Source of the DNA: Octopus sinensis
Lineage: Eukaryota
NCBI RefSeq assembly: GCF_006345805.1
Contig: NC_043023.1
Span: 13,702,001 to 13,766,000 of the forward strand
DNA length: 64,000 nucleotides
Direction: 5' to 3'
In this document: positions 55,941 through 64,000 of the stretch, piece after piece
How positions within the stretch are numbered: position 1 is the stretch's first letter
Layout of the letters: each line of letters opens with the position of its first letter
Notes under the pieces: model-generated
Told to the model about the DNA's origin: nothing
Seen by the model: only the letters and a program-made list of their open reading frames with translations
Databases searched by the model: none
Program-made: the position numbers and the translations under genes

Positions 55941-55989
55941 TATACTGGCGAAAAGCAACAATACTCGCTCTTATCTACCTAGACACACA

Positions 55990-56150
55990 CACGAGGGAGT
56001 GCTGAAAAAGTTCCTGGCCTGGTTAGAAGCCGAGTTCTTTTTACAGGACTTAGAAAAGCTGAAAACTGAAGGACCGCTGCAATAAGTGTGAACCCGAGGG
56101 GAATCGTGTTTAATAAAACCCTAACTGACCCTCCTTTTCAGCGCAGGTAC
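55990..56150 (+). mobile_element. Degenerate mariner-derived MITE
   Basis: TIR-like ACGAGGGAGTGCTGAAAAAGTTCCTGG. The internal piece resembles a mariner transposase C-terminus (EFFLQDLEKL; frameshifted KDRCNKC). Confidence 0.55.
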
Positions 56151-56404
56151 GGCTGAGTGCTTAGAAGTTTGCGGTAACTATTTAGAGGTCCCCGAAAACT
56201 AACCCTACGGGGCCTCTGTATTTAAGTAGAGCACCTTCCCAACTACATATCTCCAGGTTCAGTCCAAATCCGTGGCACCTATTAACAGCACCGAGCCGTC
56301 CAGAGCCTTTTGAATAGATTCTGGTATACAGAAAAGCCCGCCGTATATGTTTCCTTATATCCCTGCGACGTAGCGGTTCGGCAAAACAGACTGAAAACGC
56401 AGAA

Positions 56405-56960
56405 ACGTTAGCGCGCCGGACGAAATGCTTAGCGGTATTTCGTCTGCCGCTACGTTCTGAGTTCAAATTCCGCCGAGGTCAACTTTACCTTTCATCCTTT
56501 CGGGGGGTCGATAAATTAAGTACCAGTTACGTACTGGGGTCGATGTAATCGACTTAATACCCACGTCTGTCCTTGTTTGTCCCCTCTATGTTTAGCCCCT
56601 TGTGGGTAGTAAAGAAATAGGTTATTTCGTCTGCCGCTACGTTTCTGAGTTCAAATTCCGCCTAGGTCGACTGCCTTTCATCCTTTCGGGGTCGATAAAA
56701 TCGACTTAATACCTACGTCTGTCCTTGTTTGTCACCTCTATGTTTAGCCCCTTGTGGGTAGTAAAGAAATAGGTTATTTCGTCTGCCGCTACGTTCTGAG
56801 TTTAAATTCCGCCGAGGTCGATTTTGCCTTTCATCCTTTCGGGGCCGATAAATTAAGTACCAGTTACGTACTGGGGTCGATGTAATCGACTTAATAACCT
56901 ACGTCTGTCCTTGTTTGTCCCCTCTATGTTTAGCCCCTTGTGGGTAATAAAGAAATAGGT
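56405..56960 (+). repeat. Tandem array of 3 SINE-core+tail units, same unit type as 21092-22130
   Basis: Repeated TTCTGAGTT(C/T)AAATTCCGCC...TTTAGCCCCTTGTGGGTAGTAAAGAAATAGGT. Confidence 0.85.
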
Positions 56961-57589
56961 TCGGCAAAACAGACTAAAAACGCAGCTAAGTACAGGGGGT
57001 TCGATTCATCTAAACGAAAAGACTGTCCCAGCAAGGCCACAGTCAAACGGTTGAAGATCTTAGACACACACACACACAGTGTGTAGTACTATAATGAGGA
57101 GGCTGTATTTGATACAAAGGAGGAGGCAAAAATGCCGGTCTTGGTGATGGACGGTTGATTCAAATTAATGGCACATACAAGTCACGCGAGGAAATTGTGG
57201 GGTGGAGGAGAGAAAGAGACAAAATACTTATTTTTGTCATTTTATCTTCCATCAGATTTGCCATCCTCGCCGTTTTATATTGTTTGAGACCTTTTAAATG
57301 CAAATATCAAACCCCACAATTATAATAAAAAAGAACGGTTTGGGTGTTTGCAGAACAAAAACCATTGTTCGCTTACGATTTTTGCTTTATCACCACCATT
57401 TCACATAAGGTCATTGTTAGACTACACAATTATAAAAATTGAAGAAAAAAAACGTTGAAACTACAGTACAAAGACTTAGAGAAAAAAATTAGTAATTATA
57501 CTAACACAGACAAAAGCACACTTCATATGGCTTTCAACGGAACAAAGACAAATATTTAGTATCGATTTGACAAATAAACGTACTATCAC

Positions 57590-58092
57590 ACTATATATGC
57601 ACACACACACACACACACACATATATATACATACATACACACACATATATATATACACACACACATATATACATAAATATATATACACACACACACATAT
57701 ATACATAAATATATATACACACACACATACACACATATATACATACACACACACACACACACATATACATAAATATATATATACACACACACATATATAC
57801 ATAAATATATATACACACACATATATACATAAATATATATACACACACACACATATATATACATAAATATATACACACACATACATAAATATATATATAT
57901 ATATACACACACACATATATATATATACATAAATATATATATATATACACACACACATATATATATATATACATAAATATATACATACACACACACACTT
58001 TCGTATCTAAATCTGGTATCGGCTTCTTGAATTTCCGAAAGCAACATTTGATAATGGCAAATAGCAGAAAGGAATTCAATAGATAGGAAAGT

Positions 58093-58178
<86 letters not shown>

Positions 58179-58180
58179 TT
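57590..58180. repeat. (AC)n/(AT)n compound microsatellite and (GT)n run
   Basis: Direct inspection. Confidence 0.95.
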
Positions 58181-59014
58181 CGTTACAGCCCAACATACAT
58201 AAGAAAGACTATAGCCTAAGTAGACTAATATATATTCGACTAAATACAGACAGAAATACCTATATTGTATATATATATATATAGATCCTATAGAAAGCTA
58301 GTCTAAAGAGGATGAAATCATACGACCATATATACATGAAAGAGAGATCGGTATATACACACCCAATAGAGAACAGTCTAAAACAGACAGCTGAGTGCAT
58401 ATTACACACAGTGTGTGTGTGTGTGTATACTAGAGAGAGAGAATGGAATTAAACCTATGAATATAGTCGAAGCTAACAATAGACGTGTGGTAAATATGTC
58501 CAGGTGAAGCAGCCTGCATGGAGCATGGCCGTTAAAATACGACACACACACACACACTAAGTGCTCATTCCAGATAATCTTAAAATTTTCAACAAGAATA
58601 AATCAATTTCTAGATTTGCAGCTATCTATCTATAAACACTCATTCCCTGCCTTCATCTCACCGCAAAAGATCGCAACGGTAATTGGCGAAAGTATAAAAG
58701 ATAGATAGATACACCCAGTGGTTAGGGGGTTTTGTGCCGCCGAAAACCGGTGGTGTACGAATTCTTTACCTCTGCCACCCCAGAGACGACCCACTACACA
58801 GACGGACTATAGGACCTTTAAAGATATCTTAAATACACACGTGTATAATTTTAACCGAGCCAGTCACCTATCCAAGTTACACGTGTAGGTTCAGAGGACC
58901 TTCAGGCTCTTTGTGAACCCGAAAGAGCTCTTACATCCACAGGCGAAACTGACTCGACCGAAATAAAAACATCCCAACTATAGTATCGTGTTCATACACA
59001 CACACACACATTCA

Positions 59015-59200
59015 CCATCATCATCGTTTAACGTCCGCTTTCCATGCTAGCATGGGTTGGACGGTTCAACTGGGGTCTGGGGAGCCCGAAGGCTGCACCA
59101 GGCCAGTCAGATCTGGCAGTGTTTCTACAGTGTTAGGATGCCCTTCCTAACGCCAACCACTCCGAGAGTGTAGTGGGTGATTTTATGTGCCACCGACATT
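59015..59200 (+). mobile_element. SINE-like repeat (CATCATCATCGTTTAACGTCC family)
   Basis: Same sequence as 4762-4960 and 25166-25370. Confidence 0.85.
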
Positions 59201-59423
59201 ATATATATATATATATATATACGCGAGCGCGAACTTAAATACGTTTAGGCCCAGGCCACGAATAGCTTAAGTGGCTACAACCCAGGCATTTAATGACCAC
59301 AATCCAATCGAGAAAAGAGATATTGCTTGCAGAAATATGATCCAGCTGTAGACGATTTGTAACAGGAATTTGTCACATAAACACGTGGTCTTATATTATT
59401 TATAATTTCGTTGACAAGCAAAA

Positions 59424-60562
59424 AGTCTAGTCTAACCCAAAAAACGTTTCTACGTAGTTTGAAATAGAAAAACCAGTAAAGCGAACAAACACATCTGTCG
59501 CCCTACATTTTCAAAGATTTTCTGAGAAAAACTGCACTGAAAACCTAGTTTTGCATAATTTCTGATAGACATACACAATAGATTCCCGATGGTAAATATT
59601 TCGTAATGGAACAGTTCGTACCTCGGTGTGAGATCTTTTTTTCATAGGGTTTTTCGAGAGCACTCAACGTGTCTGGGGAAAGGAGCCGTTTACGCGTGAT
59701 TTATGCGAAATAACCTGGGAAAGGAAAACCGCTGGTGGGGGAACTCCGACGTCTCCACCACCTTACCCCCCCTCCCATGAGGAAAAAAAAGGGGGGATTG
59801 CTGCGGGTTTGGAGGTCAGACACGTTGAATGCACTCGGAGAAAAACCCGGTGGAAAGAAATTTGGCGGGTTCTTCACGAAATATTTACCTATTTGTAAAA
59901 TATTTATAAAAACAAAACCGGTAATTTTAACAAAACACACATTCAAGTCAGGAGGTATAGGAAGTGAATATTATATTTAACCAAGGGGTTACAGCCGTTT
60001 CACAACTTTTTCGATTAGTATTAATTTCAGTGTAGAACAAATTATGCTTACACGCGTCCTGCATTATACGATGCAACTGTACATTCACAAATCGGCAAAA
60101 ATAAAGAAAACTAGCCCACCAAATCACCAATTATTCAACTATCCACATCATATACCACTCGTGTGTGTGTATACACGTGCACGCTCATAGAAAGTAAAGC
60201 TAACTGGCTATATACAACATAGGATATATATATATATATATATCCATCACGGCTGATCTTACCAACCTTGCGTGAAACCGATTGGTACGATCAGCCGTGG
60301 TGGTCATATAATACTGTACATTTCGGATTATGTGTATATATACACATACACACAGCTGTGTATCAAATTTGTAATATTTTATCCATAAACGGCTACTGAG
60401 TCTAGTTTAACCCAAAAAAATGTTTCTACGTAGTTTAAAATACAAAAACCAGTTAAGCGGACAAACACATCTGTCGCCCTACTTTTCAAAGATTTGAGAA
60501 AAACTGCACTGAAAACCTAGCTTTTCATAATTTCTGACAGACATACACAATAGATTCCCGAT
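59424..60562 (+). repeat. Pair of ~165-bp direct repeats (59424-59590 and 60399-60562) ~975 bp apart
   Basis: AGTCTAGT(C/T)TAACCCAAAAAA...CATCTGTCGCCCTAC...ACATACACAATAGATTCCCGAT present twice. Confidence 0.85.
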
Positions 60563-60746
60563 ATATTTTAAAGTAATTAAACAAAACTCAATATGTGAGG
60601 GTGCGCCAGCAAATTTTACGACTTGTTTTATCACAAAAACTAACGATTTAGCTACGCACGAATTTATACATCTACAGACACACACACAAGCATGCTCCAG
60701 CCATTGGATTACGGCTATGCTGGAGCACAACTTTGAGGGTTTAGCG

Positions 60747-60932
60747 CAGTGTGGTTTTCAACCAGGGTTTCGCAAGAAGTTACAAAACTGCTAAAATCGG
60801 CAGTAATTTTAAATTCTCCTGTGCAGATATGTGTGTGCATAAGACTATTAAATTATTGCACAGGGGTTCCTCGAGCCAGAGGAAATGTTTCCTTGGGGTT
60901 CCGCTCCAGCAAAAATGTTTAAAAGCACTGGT
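60747..60932. mobile_element. hAT-like MITE
   Basis: CAGTGTGGTTTTCAACC ... GTTTAAAAGCACTG imperfect TIRs, with internal GGGGTTCC motifs typical of such elements. Confidence 0.5.
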
Positions 60933-63900
60933 TTAGCGGAACCCGCTAGCGTTAGGATTGCAGTAAACAAGCCACAGTCTGAAGGGGAGGGGGTCGCTTT
61001 CGATAAGCCCGTTCAAAGGCAATCAAATTCTATAATATGCCGGTTCGTCTTACCGACACAAATGGAAAATTTCTACATTTCTCACTCACTCTACAAGCGG
61101 AAGCTTATGGATAACTTCAAACGATGGAATATTGATCTCGCTTCTGGGAAGACACTGCTGAGAAACGAAACGAATGAAGGTGGGGATTCATTAATTAAAA
61201 ACGGTTGGAAGCAAGACAGAAACATGATTTACTAGAAGAGGAACCAGCTTGAAATGATTTTGTCTGTGGTGATTGCGGGTTCGCAGCACAATATAAGCAT
61301 GGTTGGGCTCGCCTAAACTGACCCAAGATCACCGGTCTGCACAATTACGTCTCAAAGGCCAACTCGAGATCAAAATATGGACAACAAGAAGCGGGATCTG
61401 TCATTTACGACTACAGGAGAGCTCACCATTTTATATATATATATATTGTATAGAGGGCATTATTACACACAAATGCCTCACACTAAGAGGGACATAAGTC
61501 ATTACTACCAAAATTTCACTAATCGTACCTAATGCAGTTTTCGAAGCAAGACATTTAAAAAATGAATTTAGTTCTATATCACCTGTGATTTCACACTTAA
61601 CGCATCAAATACGACTATGTTCATCAGTAGAACTGATTCTGAACACATCATAAATAAACGATCAATATACCTGGCGAAGTCGAACAGACATCTGCTCTCT
61701 CCGGCGAAGCACATGGAAATGTTTATACGATGGCTCAAAAGTCAGAACATCACTGGTTACACCAACTGTTCAACTATCCACATTTTAAAATGTGGTGAGA
61801 AAAGGCCCAGTTGTCAAGCACAAAATACCAGCCATCTGAAGGACAATTTTCAAAACTAAAAAGATTTTCCATTCCTGGTTTATAAAAGAATCTCAATATC
61901 TAATAAAAGGGGTTATACTTTGAAATGCTCTAGTGACTTTTGGGCCACCTGGTATGTGTTAGTGTATATATAGACATACATGTACAAGTTTAATTTACAA
62001 ATTCCCGACGATTAGGACATAAAAACCCCCAGATCGTATCAACGTTTAAAAAAAATCAATTTTTACAAAAACGTTTATTAGCCAATCGTTATGACTGAAA
62101 GAAAAGGGTAAAAAAATGCTGGAAAAAAAAAAGGGGGCTCATTATATTTCACATATTTACAGACATCTTGTAATGAAGCAATCAATAGAGGTTCAAACTA
62201 AGATATATTTTATACATCATCTTGCGAATATGCTGCCATGGGTTTCTGCAGCCGGATGCCCTGCTTATTGCCAACCAGTTCACAGCATATAACCCAGTGC
62301 TTTATTGATGGCACTGACACTATGGGTTCACCATGCAGCTTAACAGAGTTTGAACCCCGAATGGAGAGGAAGGACTTTGGGACCTGAGCACAGCTCGTCC
62401 CATCTTCATGTCTCGCTGCAAACAATTTCTTCCAGAAGAGAAAAAAAAAAAATCAGACGGGCAGAGTGAAAAAGAAAATCCAAGCCCAAAAACTTTATCG
62501 GTCTCAAAAGGGATGAAAGGCCAAATCGACTGTGGTGAGATCTGAGTATATAGGAACTGGAACGATTACCATGGACCAAAATCCAAATTATCATTTAGCA
62601 AGTCATCACCATTCCATGCTTGCACCAGTCGGACAAAGATTTTCAATGCCCATGCCCTTTGTGTAAACCAATCCTCACCTGGTTTTAAGTAAGGCAACAT
62701 TCTCCTAGAGCAGGCATATTCTCACATAAGACTTGACCGACTGCTCGCACGATGGTGACAACACACGAGCTTCTACCAGTTTTCATCAACAAAGAACCAC
62801 TCACAAAGCTTTTGGTCAGCTTGAAGCAATAGAAGGCACTTGTGCAAAATGCTCCACAATGGGACTGAACCTGAAACCTTGCTTGATAAGAGCAGTATGT
62901 AACCACACAGCCACGTCTTCACCTATATCTGCAGCCAACATAAAGAATTGGTTGCTATCCAAAAATAACCGGGTGATTAATATTCAGTTGGAAACTGGAT
63001 ATTTTGAAACACCTAAGCAACAACAATCTGAAGGATTAAACAGGTTTTTATAAACACTCTCTGGCAGATAACATCCTAAATAAATAGTTTATCTTGAGTA
63101 GATGTATTTGAGCATTTTATACCACATATACATGCACATGTAACAATCTCGATCTGTTTATACTCTTTCCATAAAAATGTTTTCTTTTTGTTAATCATTT
63201 TTTTTTCCTTTTCTAAAAAAAATTATAAATAAAGACGTTAACCATCTTTCAAAGTCATGTAATTTTAGATAATCTGAAACCTCCATTGCCAACATAGTGG
63301 AAGTCAATTATCTGCTTTGGAGACAGCACACGTACAAGGGTAAGAAAACAATGAACCCTGATGTGTTGGTTTTTTAATTATGTATATATATATATATATA
63401 AAACAATTCTTAATCAAATAGCAGTGATCAATGACCTTCAGGCTAATTTTATCTTATTTTCAGAAACAGTTTATGTCCATTTTAATCAAAGATATTATTG
63501 TATAGTTTAAGACTGGCTCCTTATTTAAACCATGAAATGATTTTATCTTCAGTCTTATCCTAGATTGTGTGTGCATGCACTGTTCCCCATTAACAAATAA
63601 GTACAACTTCACCTATGTTGGCAATGGAAGCTTCTAATTGGCTAAAATGTGATATTTTTTATTAATTTCTAGGGGTGGCTCTTACCAACTAAAACTACAT
63701 CAATGCAGAAAATTATCCATGCCTCTTACTGTCTGTATCTAAATAAACTAATGTCCTTGAAGAAGAATCAGAGCATGGCAGGTTTGAGACAGTGGATACT
63801 GGAGCTTGTCTAGTAAGAAAATTTCAATCAGATTATGTCTGCCAGATCTACAGGATGTGAAATACCCACTTCTTATGCAAGTGCTAACTTGCTCTCTCTA

Positions 63901-64000
63901 GGTACCACACAACACATAGGGTAGCGAGATTTTGCTACTCAAACAGTTTAGCATTTAAACCAGCCACAATCAGGCCCAGATGGTCCATTTGTTTTATGTA

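Noticed and set aside
59700-59880. Faint resemblance to U1 snRNA (ACCTGG, GCACTCGG, AATTTGG)
   Set aside because: No ATACTTACCTG 5' end; spacing and stem-loops do not fit. An Rfam scan would be decisive.

Overview
Eukaryotic, repeat-rich animal genomic DNA. The SINE and MITE repertoire and the dense (AT)n/(AC)n tracts look like an Octopus (cephalopod) genome; this is inferred from remembered repeat families, not from a database search. Two convergent spliced genes can be rebuilt from splice signals and phase continuity. (1) The 3' part of a + strand gene has four visible exons (4257-4516, 5747-6411, 8191-8463, 9174-13263). They encode at least ~1,760 aa of almost wholly low-complexity or disordered protein with internal peptide repeats. 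The 4.1-kb terminal exon is broken by two compensating 1-nt frameshifts, probably assembly errors. (2) A complete - strand gene has 13 coding exons (50157 to 28498; 1,485 nt, 494 aa) and a probable non-coding first exon and promoter near 53.6-53.8 kb. It encodes an acidic N-terminus, two RRMs, a K/Q/N-rich linker and a Gly/Tyr/Asn-rich prion-like tail (nucleolin/hnRNP-like RNA-binding protein), with several in-frame alternative splicing options. Introns and intergenic DNA contain at least six tandem arrays built from transposon pieces: 120-bp, 67-bp and two 175-bp SINE-derived arrays, a 162/171-bp A/B array, and a 17 x ~253-bp piggyBac-type MITE+spacer array with an inverted dimer 7 kb away. 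There are also SINEs, non-autonomous Helitrons, MITEs and LINE remnants. The 54.6-60.5 kb stretch looks like low-accuracy assembly. No rRNA, true tRNA or CRISPR array is supported, and I found no convincing novel multi-gene system.
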